A DNA stretch of 32,709 nucleotides from Planctomycetota bacterium. GTDB lineage: Bacteria > Planctomycetota > Phycisphaerae > Sedimentisphaerales > SM23-30. The notes beneath the pieces are model-generated. The model had not been told where the DNA came from. It did not search any database and was given only the letters and a program-made list of their open reading frames with translations. Where the stretch lies: positions 1-32,709 of the forward strand of contig JAKJEP010000004.1 of assembly GCA_022705365.1 (NCBI GenBank), read 5' to 3'. Of this stretch, positions 7,059 to 15,458 are shown in pieces. Within the stretch, counting starts at the first letter, position 1. Every line of letters starts with the position of its first letter. The translations under genes and the position numbers were made by a program.

Positions 7059-9160
7059 AATTTCTGATTCACTCCAGAAAGGGTTATGCGGGCATCTGCC
7101 GCGATTGGTTCGGTTCCTGTTTCGCCTACGATGAAGGGATTGATATCCATTTCGACGATTTGCGGGAAATCGGTTACTAATTGACTCATTCGCTGCAAGC
7201 CGCCGGCAATGCCGTCGATATTGACACCAGCCTGTCCTCGCACCCCTTTCAGCAGGGCATAGGAGCGGGTGCGAACCAGCATTTGCATGGCCTCCTCCGA
7301 GGTAATGGGCGCCAGATGGAAGGTGACATCCTTCATCACTTCAACGAATATGCCGCCCAGACCGAACATCAGCATCGGACCGAACTGGGGGTCCCGGGTC
7401 ATACCGATAATGACCTCGCGGGCACGGGGGCACATTTTTTCGACATAGACGCCTTCCAGCCGGGCATTCGGGGCTTTTTGCCGAATCCGCAGCATCATCA
7501 GGTCATACGCATCCCGAACGAGGTCGGGGCTGGTCATGTTGAGTTTGACGCCGCCCATATCCGATTTGTGCAGGATTTCGGGGGAAACGATTTTCATGGC
7601 TACGGGATACCCGATCCGGGAGGAGATCTCCACGGCCTCCTCGCTGGTCGTGGCCAGTTGACCGTCGGGAACATTGAAATTGTAGGCCCGGAGGATTTCC
7701 TTGGCTTTGACTTCGCCGATCTGGAAGACATTGGAACGGATATGGCGGGAAATAATCCGCTCGACGCGCCGGCGATTCACGGGGTAGCGAGTGACAATGC
7801 GCGGGGGCCGGTTGCGCCAGGCCACATAGTTGCACATGGCTTTCAAGGAAGCGACTGCCCGTTCCGGTGAGGGATAGTACGGGATATTATAGGCGATCAG
7901 CTTGTCCTTGCCGGGTTTGACATCCTCGCCGCCCATAAAGGAGGCCAGAATGGGTTTTTCGCCCCGCATACGCGCCGCAATGATATCGGCGGTTTCGGCG
8001 GGTTTGGTCATCGCCTGCGGGGTAAGGATTACGATAATGGCATCCACATTCGGATCGTCCTGGGCCGCGTCGAGCGCCAGGCCGTAGCGGTCCGGATCCG
8101 CATCGCCGAGGACGTCAATGGGATTGCCGACACTGGCGGCGGCGGGAAGTTTTTTCTTTAATTCACCGGCGATCGTGCTATCCAACGCAGTAACCTGCAA
8201 ACCGGCGTTTTCCACCGCATCGGCAGCCATGATGCCTGGTCCGCCGGCGTTGGTGATAATGGCAACCCGGCCGCCTTTGGGCAGCGGCTGCATGGCAAAA
8301 GCGGTGGCATAGTCGAAGATGGCTTCAAAACTTTCGGCACGAACGATACCGGCCCGGCGGAAAGCCGCCCCATAGGCGATATCGGCCCCGGCCAAACTGC
8401 CGGTATGGGAGGAAGCGGCCTTGGTACCGGCCTTGGTAGTACCGGATTTGAAAATGACCACCGGTTTGACCATGGAGGCCGCTTCGGAGACTTTGATGAA
8501 CTCATCCCCGGAATTGATGCTTTCCAGATAGCCGACGATTACTTTGGTGTTTTTGTCTTCGACAAAGGCGGAGATGAAATCGTTTTCGCAGAGGTCCGCT
8601 TTATTGCCGATGCTGACCAGGTGGGACATGCCGAGCTGGCTGGCAGCCATCCAGTCCAGGATGGCGGCGGCCAAGGCCCCCGACTGGGACAAAATAGCGA
8701 TATTTCCCGGTTTGGGCAGACGAGGGGCAAAGGAAGCATTTACCTTATGGTGGGTATTCAAGCTGCCCAGACAATTCGGTCCTAATAGCCGGACATTGTG
8801 GGAGGCACAAAGCTGGGCAATTTCCTTTTCCAGCTTAGCACCCTCGGCGTTCACCTCTTTGAAGCCGGCGGAAATCACCGTAATGACCTGGGCGCCGGCC
8901 TGGATAGAGCTTTCAATGGCCGCCGTCACGGAGGCCAGCGGCACACTGATGACGCTCAAGTCGATTTTTTTACCATAATCCTTGAGGTCTTTGTAGCATT
9001 TGATACCCAGGATTACATCGGCGGTCGGATTGATGGGAACAATATCCCCTTCAAAGCCGGCAGTGACCATATTCTTGACAATTTCATAGCCGACCTTACC
9101 GGGTGTACGGGAGGCTCCGATGATTGCAACATTTTCAGGGGTTAAAAGTGCTTCTAACAT
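7055..9160 (-). CDS. ADP-forming acyl-CoA synthetase (acetate--CoA ligase family; CoA-binding, ligase-CoA and ATP-grasp domains)
   Basis: The N-terminus MLEALLTPENVAIIGASRTPGKVGYEI is a CoA-binding Rossmann motif. The phosphohistidine loop AASSHTGSLAG has its His codon at complement of 8405-8407. The C-terminal ATP-grasp region reads KEILRAYNFNVP...YPVAMKIVSPEILHKSDMGGVKL. I prefer the start ATG at complement of 9158-9160 (purine-rich AGGAAATAGG upstream) over the ORF-track TTG at 9202. Confidence 0.85.
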   Translation of the reverse strand: MLEALLTPENVAIIGASRTPGKVGYEIVKNMVTAGFEGDIVPINPTADVILGIKCYKDLKDYGKKIDLSVISVPLASVTAAIESSIQAGAQVITVISAGFKEVNAEGAKLEKEIAQLCASHNVRLLGPNCLGSLNTHHKVNASFAPRLPKPGNIAILSQSGALAAAILDWMAASQLGMSHLVSIGNKADLCENDFISAFVEDKNTKVIVGYLESINSGDEFIKVSEAASMVKPVVIFKSGTTKAGTKAASSHTGSLAGADIAYGAAFRRAGIVRAESFEAIFDYATAFAMQPLPKGGRVAIITNAGGPGIMAADAVENAGLQVTALDSTIAGELKKKLPAAASVGNPIDVLGDADPDRYGLALDAAQDDPNVDAIIVILTPQAMTKPAETADIIAARMRGEKPILASFMGGEDVKPGKDKLIAYNIPYYPSPERAVASLKAMCNYVAWRNRPPRIVTRYPVNRRRVERIISRHIRSNVFQIGEVKAKEILRAYNFNVPDGQLATTSEEAVEISSRIGYPVAMKIVSPEILHKSDMGGVKLNMTSPDLVRDAYDLMMLRIRQKAPNARLEGVYVEKMCPRAREVIIGMTRDPQFGPMLMFGLGGIFVEVMKDVTFHLAPITSEEAMQMLVRTRSYALLKGVRGQAGVNIDGIAGGLQRMSQLVTDFPQIVEMDINPFIVGETGTEPIAADARITLSGVNQKL

Positions 9161-9328
9161 AATATACCTATTTCCTTGTGAATACGTAACTTGCCGTAAC
9201 AACCCATGTCATTCGGCCATAACTCATTCCATAGTAAAGACTTTATATTTTGCAAATCCCGGCAAAATAAGCAAGTATTTTTTAAGGCGAATCAGAACAT
9301 TTTTTTGTTTATTGGATGAACCAAATAA

Positions 9329-9390
9329 GACGCCAGCGTCAATAGCTCTTTTATCCCTTGTTATTGAGGAGCCAGAGCTGTGGTTGGATG
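9329..9390 (+). repeat. Conserved non-coding element, copy 1
   Basis: GACGCCAGCGTCAATAGCTCTTTTATCCCTTGTTATTGAGGAGCCAGAGCTGTGGTTGGATG. It aligns with copies at 9582-9643 and 20798-20860. An in-frame stop occurs in the frame that is open in the other copies. Confidence 0.6.
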
Positions 9391-9581
9391 ATTATCGGAA
9401 GGGTAGATTGCGCGGAAACGGCCAGGGTGGATGGCCAAAATTGCGCAAGGCAAAAAAATTTTTGTTGAGGATTGACAAGGGTTTACGACGTTTTTGGGCA
9501 AAAAAAATGGGAAAAACCTTGCGCAGTTGCGGACATCAGTCTATATATGGGGGGGCAGTGGAGAATATAAAAGCAAAATGT

Positions 9582-9643
9582 GACGCCAGCGTCAAAAGCT
9601 ATTTAATCCCTTGTTATAGGGGAGCCGGAGTGAGTTTTTGGGT
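9582..9643 (+). repeat. Conserved non-coding element, copy 2
   Basis: GACGCCAGCGTCAAAAGCTATTTAATCCCTTGTTATAGGGGAGCCGGAGTGAGTTTTTGGGTG. A TTTTGTCGATT box follows at 9656-9666. A weak promoter-like TTGCGC (9519-9524), 17-nt spacer and TATATA (9542-9547) lies upstream. Confidence 0.6.
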
Positions 9644-9691
9644 GTTCCTATTGACTTTTGTCGATTCCATCAATTTTACTGGTAAAGTTCG

Positions 9692-9721
9692 TTGACAAAA
9701 AAGTATATATCTCTGTATAGT
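9692..9721 (+). promoter_or_regulatory. Sigma70-type promoter for the coiled-coil lipoprotein gene
   Basis: TTGACA (9692-9697), an 18-nt spacer, then TATAGT (9716-9721). It lies about 60 nt upstream of the ATG at 9780. Confidence 0.45.
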
Positions 9722-9779
9722 ATGTACGCTTTGGCGGGGTACTGGAAGCCTGCCGGAAAGCAGAAAGGTGCTATACGTT

Positions 9780-11348
9780 ATGAATAAACCAAAGGGACTG
9801 GTGAATTTACTGGTGGTAAGTGTGTCGGTATGCGGGATGACGCTGGTTTCGGGCTGCAAGGAATCCTCCAGCGATGCCGCCAGTAAAGAATCGTCCGCCG
9901 CGGTGAACCAATCGGGCCGGTTGATTCGTGCCAGTCAGAAGGTAAACCTGCTGACCCCGGAAGAAATTGAGCGAGCCGGCCGCACCCCCGGCGGACAGTT
10001 GAAAAATGAAGTTTTATCCCGGCTGGAAAAAGAGTCGGATACCCAGACTTTTGCACAGGCGCTGGAAGAGGTGATCCAGCAGCAGGGGCAGCCGGAAGGC
10101 CAGGCTGATTCGGCGGAACTCAGCAGCCGGCTGCTCGATCTGTATGAACAGGAGTCGGCCCGCCGTCAGAAGTCGCAGGAACAAACGGGCGCCCAGCGAC
10201 AGGAAAAACTCAACCAGGCGGTCCAGCTCCTTCAGCAGGCATTGAATGCGGCCCGGAGCAGCGAGAATCGGGAGACGCAGGTTGGACCGGAATGTATGCT
10301 GGGTACGATTTATATGCTGCAGGCCCGGGAAGGCAAAGAACAACTGCATCAGCAGGCAAATCATCTTCAGCGGCTGCATGGCCAGTTGAGCCAGTCGGCA
10401 CTGGAGATTGCCGGGCAGGAGACGATTCAGAATGTCTATGCCAGTTATTTTCCCGCCAATGAGGTAAAGGTGCTGGAGGCAAGGCTGACAGGCGGAGATG
10501 GGACGGATGCCTTTGCCGCCGCCACCTCGCTGCGAAGTTTGCTGGCGGCAGTGGAACAGAGTCTGGCGGAACGAACCGCCCAGAAGGAGGAAATTCAGAA
10601 ACGGATTGACACCAATCTTCAGCAGGCCAGGGAACTGCACCAGGAATATTTATCTTTGAAAGAGCAGGCGGATCAGGCAAAGGGGGCGTCGAAATATGAG
10701 CTGGAGCAGCAGGCGAACAGTCTGCGAAGCGGTTTTGACGAATTTGGGAATAAGGTGGCGGAGGGAGAAATTTATTACGAAGCCCAGGCGGAGATCGCCC
10801 GGACGGAAATGGAAGCGGTTGCTTTCCATCTGGATTGGCTGGGGATGCGCCAGAAACAATTGCAGGAATCCATTGCCCGGGTTGAAACGGATATTCAAGC
10901 CTTATCCAACAAAACCCTGTTGGAAAGTACGCAGGGCGGCATCGATCAATCCATAGAGAAGCGCAAGGAACATGTAAGCCGTTTGCAGGAAGGATTGACG
11001 CGTCTGGAAGAGCAGGAAAAGACATACGGGAATCTACTGCTGGAAACCGCGGATGCCTATCGGAAATCCGGTCAGGCGTTCCGGAATGCCTCGCAGGCGG
11101 CGTCCCGTAAGACCAAGGAATATGCCGGCACCTTTCAGAAGACTTCCGAGGCGGAATTGCTTACTCTGTGGCAAATGAACCGCCAGCGGTATGAAAATGC
11201 GGTGGAACGGCTGGCATTGCTTGGCGGAATCCAGGAAGCGGAGACGGTCGTAGATCGGCTGAGCCAATTCTGCCAGGCTCAGGTGGCCCAGGCCCAGGCC
11301 CACGCGCAGGAACTGGAGGCCAGCCTCAGTAAGCAGGGCGGCAATTAA
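9780..11348 (+). CDS. Gln/Glu/Ala-rich coiled-coil lipoprotein of unknown function
   Basis: The lipoprotein signal peptide is MNKPKGLVNLLVVSVSVCGMTLVSGC (lipobox LVSGC). The rest is long heptad-like helix with no recognisable catalytic motif. The ORF track starts at GTG 9768; I prefer ATG 9780, but the start is uncertain. Confidence 0.7.
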   Translation: MNKPKGLVNLLVVSVSVCGMTLVSGCKESSSDAASKESSAAVNQSGRLIRASQKVNLLTPEEIERAGRTPGGQLKNEVLSRLEKESDTQTFAQALEEVIQQQGQPEGQADSAELSSRLLDLYEQESARRQKSQEQTGAQRQEKLNQAVQLLQQALNAARSSENRETQVGPECMLGTIYMLQAREGKEQLHQQANHLQRLHGQLSQSALEIAGQETIQNVYASYFPANEVKVLEARLTGGDGTDAFAAATSLRSLLAAVEQSLAERTAQKEEIQKRIDTNLQQARELHQEYLSLKEQADQAKGASKYELEQQANSLRSGFDEFGNKVAEGEIYYEAQAEIARTEMEAVAFHLDWLGMRQKQLQESIARVETDIQALSNKTLLESTQGGIDQSIEKRKEHVSRLQEGLTRLEEQEKTYGNLLLETADAYRKSGQAFRNASQAASRKTKEYAGTFQKTSEAELLTLWQMNRQRYENAVERLALLGGIQEAETVVDRLSQFCQAQVAQAQAHAQELEASLSKQGGN

Positions 11349-11559
11349 ACCGCCGCCGGCCCGCCGGCAGGTTTAGATGAGGGACCGGTGGGGAAAGAAG
11401 ATCTGATTGCCGGCGGTATTGTTCCATTTGTTTGGCTGAATATATAAAGGCTCCCAGGGTCAAAGGAGGAAAAGGGGGGAAACGGTTCTTGACGGCGGCG
11501 GGATATTCTGATAAAGATAACCATTTTGTGTAATTATCCGAGAAATAGAGAGTTAAAAT

Positions 11560-13689
11560 ATGGATAGTTTTCGAAGGGTGTTGGGGTATGTAAAGCCCCA
11601 ATATAAGGCAGTGGCGCTTTCCATTTTTTGTGCGTTGATGGGGGCGATGCTGTTTTCCCTCAGTTTTGTGGCGATGCTGCCGCTGATGAAGGTGCTGATC
11701 AATGAGGAGGGGCTGCACGGGTGGGTGAATCGGGGAATCGTCAGGCATCGCAGCGGAATAAATTTTGAACCGTTATCCGTACCCGATGATTTTAGCAAAT
11801 TGACCGAGCTGCAAGTTTCTCACGCGGAGAAGCTGGAAATTAAAAGCGTTAAACTGAAGTCGGCGGCGTATGAGGCGGGATTGCGGGAGCGGGATGAAAT
11901 CCAATCGGTAACGGCTGGTTCGAATTCGATTTCCGACCGGGAACAGATATTACGGAAGCTGGTCGAAATACCCGGCGGCGAAGCGGTGGTTCTGGCTGTA
12001 GAGCGCAGTGACGGCACGGCGGAAACCATCGAATTGAGGCTGGAGGAACCGCCGTTTTATACCGGGCTGGCGCAAAAGCTGTTACGTTTTATACCGCAGG
12101 ATCAGGGAACCGATTTTAAGCGAAAATCCATCATTCTGATCATTGTGATCCTGCTGGCGGCGACGCTCATCCGCTGTGTCATGCGTTTCGGACAGGAATA
12201 TCTGGCCAATCGGATCGGGTTCCGGACGATTATGTGGCTGCGGCGGGATGCCTATCGCAATGCCATCCGGCTGCCGATGAGTTATTTTGGAACGCGGGGA
12301 ATCAGTGATACCATGAGCCGGTTTGTGCAGGACTCCAACCGGATCAACAGCGGGATCAATACGGTGCTGGGCAAGATGATCCGGGAACCGATCGCCATTT
12401 TGTTTTTAGTGATCGCCGCTTTTGCGATCAATGCCAAGATGACGCTGTTGGTGCTGGTAGGCGTTCTTCCTGCTGCCGTAATCATCGGTATGCTGGGGAA
12501 AAAAATGAGAAAGGCTACCAAGCGGACGTTGTCGAGCTGGTCGTTCATGCTGGCGAATTTGCAGGACCGGCTGCTGGGAATCCGGGTGGTAAAGGGGTAC
12601 CATTGTGAGAATCATGAGGAGCAGCATTTTGGTCAGATCAACGCGAAACTGCTGAAGCAGCAGTTTCAGGTGGCGAAGATCGATGCTGCCAGCGGTCCGA
12701 TGCTGGAAGCCCTGGGGATGACGGCCGCCTCGGTCGGGATGATTTTTGCGGCCCGGGTTATGACGGGCGGCCACATGGAAACCAGCGAATTTTTCGCCCT
12801 GGTCGCCTTGCTGGCTACGATTGCGGAATCGGGCCGCAAGCTGGGTGATTTGTGGCCCCGGCTATCGATTGCCAATGCGGCGGCGGAACGGATTTTTGAA
12901 TTGATTGACACCCCGGCGGAAACCAATCCGCCCGATGCGGTGGAACTGGGCCGGTTATCACGGAACGTAGAATTTCGGAATTTGACTTTCACCTATCCCA
13001 ACAGCGAAGTCCCGGCTTTGCAAAATATTCAGGCCGTTGTGAACGCCGGGGAAACGGTTGCGGTAGTCGGTCCCAACGGTTCGGGGAAAACGACTCTGCT
13101 GAGCCTGATTCCGAAGTTTTATAGTCCCCAGGAAGGAGCTATCCTGATCGACGGCCAGGATATCGCCCGGGCGTCACTGTCGAGTCTGCGGGAGCAAATC
13201 GGGATCGTGACGCAGAACACCATTATCTTTCATGATACGATTGCGTACAATATTGGGTACGGGCGACCGGAGTCCAGCCGGGAGGAGATTGTCGCCGCGG
13301 CCCGGCGGGCCTATGCCCATGAATTTATCGAGCAGTTGGCCCATCAATACGACACCATTGTGGGGGAACAGGGTTCGACCCTGTCGGGCGGCCAGCTGCA
13401 GCGGCTGGCGATTGCGCGGGCCATATTGCGTGATCCGGCGATCCTGATATTCGATGAGGCGATGAGCCAGATCGATTCGGAAAGCGAGGCGAAGATTCAG
13501 AAGGCGATTATGGAGTTTTCGCAGGGACGAACCACCTTTATCATTGCGCATCGGCTCAGCACCATCATTCGGTCGGACCGGATTCTGGTGCTGGACAAGG
13601 GTCATTTAGTGTCGGAAGGGACTCACCAGACTTTGCTGGAGAAATGTTCCCTGTATAGGAAGTTATACGAAGTGCAGTTTGCCTGTTAA
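11560..13689 (+). CDS. MsbA/type-I ABC exporter (fused TMD-NBD) with a PDZ-like insertion in the first periplasmic loop
   Basis: 709 aa. NBD motifs present: Walker A GPNGSGKTT, signature LSGGQLQR, Walker B ILIFDEA and the H-loop IIAHRLS. The TMD reads like MsbA. Between TM1 (aa ~17-47) and TM2 (aa ~189-210) lies a ~130-aa insert. It contains IKSVKLKSAAYEAGLRERDEIQSVTAG...ILRKLVEIPGGEAVVLAVERSDGTAETIELRL. Confidence 0.9.
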   Translation: MDSFRRVLGYVKPQYKAVALSIFCALMGAMLFSLSFVAMLPLMKVLINEEGLHGWVNRGIVRHRSGINFEPLSVPDDFSKLTELQVSHAEKLEIKSVKLKSAAYEAGLRERDEIQSVTAGSNSISDREQILRKLVEIPGGEAVVLAVERSDGTAETIELRLEEPPFYTGLAQKLLRFIPQDQGTDFKRKSIILIIVILLAATLIRCVMRFGQEYLANRIGFRTIMWLRRDAYRNAIRLPMSYFGTRGISDTMSRFVQDSNRINSGINTVLGKMIREPIAILFLVIAAFAINAKMTLLVLVGVLPAAVIIGMLGKKMRKATKRTLSSWSFMLANLQDRLLGIRVVKGYHCENHEEQHFGQINAKLLKQQFQVAKIDAASGPMLEALGMTAASVGMIFAARVMTGGHMETSEFFALVALLATIAESGRKLGDLWPRLSIANAAAERIFELIDTPAETNPPDAVELGRLSRNVEFRNLTFTYPNSEVPALQNIQAVVNAGETVAVVGPNGSGKTTLLSLIPKFYSPQEGAILIDGQDIARASLSSLREQIGIVTQNTIIFHDTIAYNIGYGRPESSREEIVAAARRAYAHEFIEQLAHQYDTIVGEQGSTLSGGQLQRLAIARAILRDPAILIFDEAMSQIDSESEAKIQKAIMEFSQGRTTFIIAHRLSTIIRSDRILVLDKGHLVSEGTHQTLLEKCSLYRKLYEVQFAC

Positions 13690-13704
13690 TAGCGAGAATG
13701 AGGT

Positions 13705-14514
13705 ATGAACCAGCCAGGCAATCCGGGCGAGGTAATCCGGACGGTACAAAATCAGTTGGAGTGCGATTTGTATCTGGGCGGATACTGGCTGCCGATTGGG
13801 AAGCTAAAACCGGCGGTGAAAATGCCCGTTCGGCCGCCAGCCGCACCCGCTGGCTCCCCCGCCAGGGCTGTCAGTCAGGAGCGAATAATGTCTGATGCGG
13901 AACCAAGGAAGGAAAAACAGAAACGGCTGGACGATTTGGTCCGGCGTATGGGGTCTTGCTGCCGCTGTTCGTTAGCCCAAACCCGGCTGCATCTGGTTCC
14001 GGGCGAAGGCAATCCCTGTGCCCGGATCGTATTTGTGGGGGAAGCCCCCGGGGCCAGCGAGGATGAACAGGGTCGGCCTTTTGTGGGGCGGGCCGGCCAG
14101 TTGCTGACGAACATCATTGAGGCGATGGGTCTGCGGCGGCAGGAGGTGTATATCTGTAATATTTTAAAATGCCGCCCGCCGGAGAACCGGGATCCACAGG
14201 CGAATGAAATCGCGGCATGCATTGAGTATCTGTATGAGCAGCTTCGGATCATTGAGCCGGAGATGATTGTGGCGCTGGGAGCGCATGCGGCCAAAACCCT
14301 GCTGAACAGTACGGCCGCCATTGGGGAACTGCGGGGGCGCGTGCATGCATATTATCCGGAGCCGCTGTCGAAGCCGATTAAGCTGGTGGCGACCTACCAC
14401 CCGGCATATCTTCTGCGGAATTATTCACCGGATAACCGGCGGCGGGTGTGGCATGATATGCAAATGGTATTGAAGGAACTGGGTTTGCCGGTTCCCAGGG
14501 GCAAACAGGAATAA
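13705..14514 (+). CDS. Uracil-DNA glycosylase, family 4 (Fe-S type)
   Basis: Motifs seen: CCRCSLAQTR..VPGEGNP.ARIVFVGEAPGASEDEQGRPFVGRAGQLL...ICNILKCRPPENRDP...HPAYLLRN. An alternative start at ATG 13888 (MSDAEP, AGGAG 6 nt upstream) would give a 208-aa protein. The N-terminal boundary is uncertain. Confidence 0.85.
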   Translation: MNQPGNPGEVIRTVQNQLECDLYLGGYWLPIGKLKPAVKMPVRPPAAPAGSPARAVSQERIMSDAEPRKEKQKRLDDLVRRMGSCCRCSLAQTRLHLVPGEGNPCARIVFVGEAPGASEDEQGRPFVGRAGQLLTNIIEAMGLRRQEVYICNILKCRPPENRDPQANEIAACIEYLYEQLRIIEPEMIVALGAHAAKTLLNSTAAIGELRGRVHAYYPEPLSKPIKLVATYHPAYLLRNYSPDNRRRVWHDMQMVLKELGLPVPRGKQE

Positions 14515-14535
14515 AGGCAGGCAGGAGAACAGCCG

Positions 14536-15168
14536 GTGAAAATCGAATGTATGGCACTGGGGGATTTCGAAACCAATTGTTATGTACTGCGTACTTCGGC
14601 ACAAGACAAAGAATGCGTACTTATCGATCCGGGATTTTCCGCGGAACCGCTGCTTGATTATCTGCATCGCCATTCTCTGCATCCGTGCCGGGTTTTGTTG
14701 ACGCACGGGCATTGCGATCACATTGCCGGTCTGGAACTGCTGCATGAGGAATTCAATCCGCTGCCGGTCAGTATCAGCCCTGAGGATGCGCCGATGCTGA
14801 CGGACAGCCAGAAAAATTTGTCCAGCACGATGGGGATTGATCTGGCGGTACAGGCGGCGGATGCCATAGTCCGGCCGGGAGAAACCATTTCATGGGGGGA
14901 ACTTGCCTTTACGGTATTGGCGACTCCCGGACATACACCGGGCGGAGTGAGTTTTTATTGTGCCCGGGAGGGTGTGGTTTTCACCGGGGACGCGCTGTTT
15001 GCCGGCTCCATCGGGCGGTATGATTTTCCCGGCAGCAACGGGGAGATCCTGCTGCGGGGAATACGGACGGAATTGCTTACCCTGCCGGAGACCACGCGCG
15101 TATATCCCGGTCACGGCCCGGAGACCACCATCGGCCGGGAGAAACGGACCAATCCGTATCTGGTTTGA
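14536..15168 (+). CDS. MBL-fold metallo-hydrolase (glyoxalase II-like)
   Basis: 210 aa with a GTG start and AGGAGA 6 nt upstream. Metal motif THGHCDHIAG, later PGHTPG and a C-terminal ..VYPGHGP.T.IG.E...NP. Confidence 0.85.
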   Translation: MKIECMALGDFETNCYVLRTSAQDKECVLIDPGFSAEPLLDYLHRHSLHPCRVLLTHGHCDHIAGLELLHEEFNPLPVSISPEDAPMLTDSQKNLSSTMGIDLAVQAADAIVRPGETISWGELAFTVLATPGHTPGGVSFYCAREGVVFTGDALFAGSIGRYDFPGSNGEILLRGIRTELLTLPETTRVYPGHGPETTIGREKRTNPYLV

Positions 15169-15281
15169 GAATCTCAACCAGTGTTATATCCGGTATTTAG
15201 AGAAACTTGACGGAACCGCCAAAAGTCGGAATGGACATCCAAAAACGGCTCTGGCTTCCCGATAACAAGGAGTCGAAGGGC

Positions 15282-15300
15282 TTTTGACGCGGCGTCAAAA
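15282..15300. promoter_or_regulatory. Perfect 19-bp palindrome TTTTGACGC-G-GCGTCAAAA, a candidate operator
   Basis: The left arm 15282-15290 is the exact reverse complement of the right arm 15292-15300. It shares the TTGACGC..GCGTCAA core with the 5' end of the three repeat copies and is followed by TTGTCGA. It lies 47 nt upstream of the -35 box of the histidine kinase promoter. Confidence 0.4.
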
Positions 15301-15346
15301 TTGTCGAAAATAGCCATTTTCCTGACAGGATTGCGGAAAAGCCCGC

Positions 15347-15375
15347 TTGACGGTGGCAAATCGATACGTTAGAAT
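15347..15375 (+). promoter_or_regulatory. Sigma70-type promoter for the FHA-GAF-histidine kinase gene
   Basis: TTGACG (15347-15352), a 17-nt spacer, then TAGAAT (15370-15375). It lies about 85 nt upstream of the GTG start at 15459. Confidence 0.5.
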
Positions 15376-15458
15376 GAAGGAGTGAGATCGGCGTTGGAGA
15401 ATTATGGGACGTTAAACCAGGAATTCTGCCGACCGAATTTTTCTAAGAGAATCGAATC

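Noticed and set aside
9317-9340. Possible ECF-type promoter reading of repeat copy 1 (TGAACC ... CGTC)
   Set aside because: The GAAC-like -35 box is present only upstream of copy 1, not copies 2 or 3. The spacing (15 nt) is short for ECF promoters.
9120-9695. 191-aa + strand ORF spanning the long intergenic region and both repeat copies
   Set aside because: It begins inside the ACS gene on the opposite strand. The repeat copies are not conserved at the amino-acid level: one copy has a stop in this frame, and an indel shifts the frame between the others. There is no RBS.
10210-11025. 271-aa minus-strand ORF (Pro/Ala/Ser/Arg-rich) inside the lipoprotein gene
   Set aside because: It is antisense to the + strand ORF, which has a bona fide lipoprotein signal peptide and a promoter. 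It has no start context or motif.
11349-11380. GC-rich CCGCCGGCCCGCCGGCAGG segment after the lipoprotein gene as a possible terminator
   Set aside because: Only a short stem (about 5 bp) with a 4-nt loop can form, and no U-tract follows. This is not enough to call a terminator.
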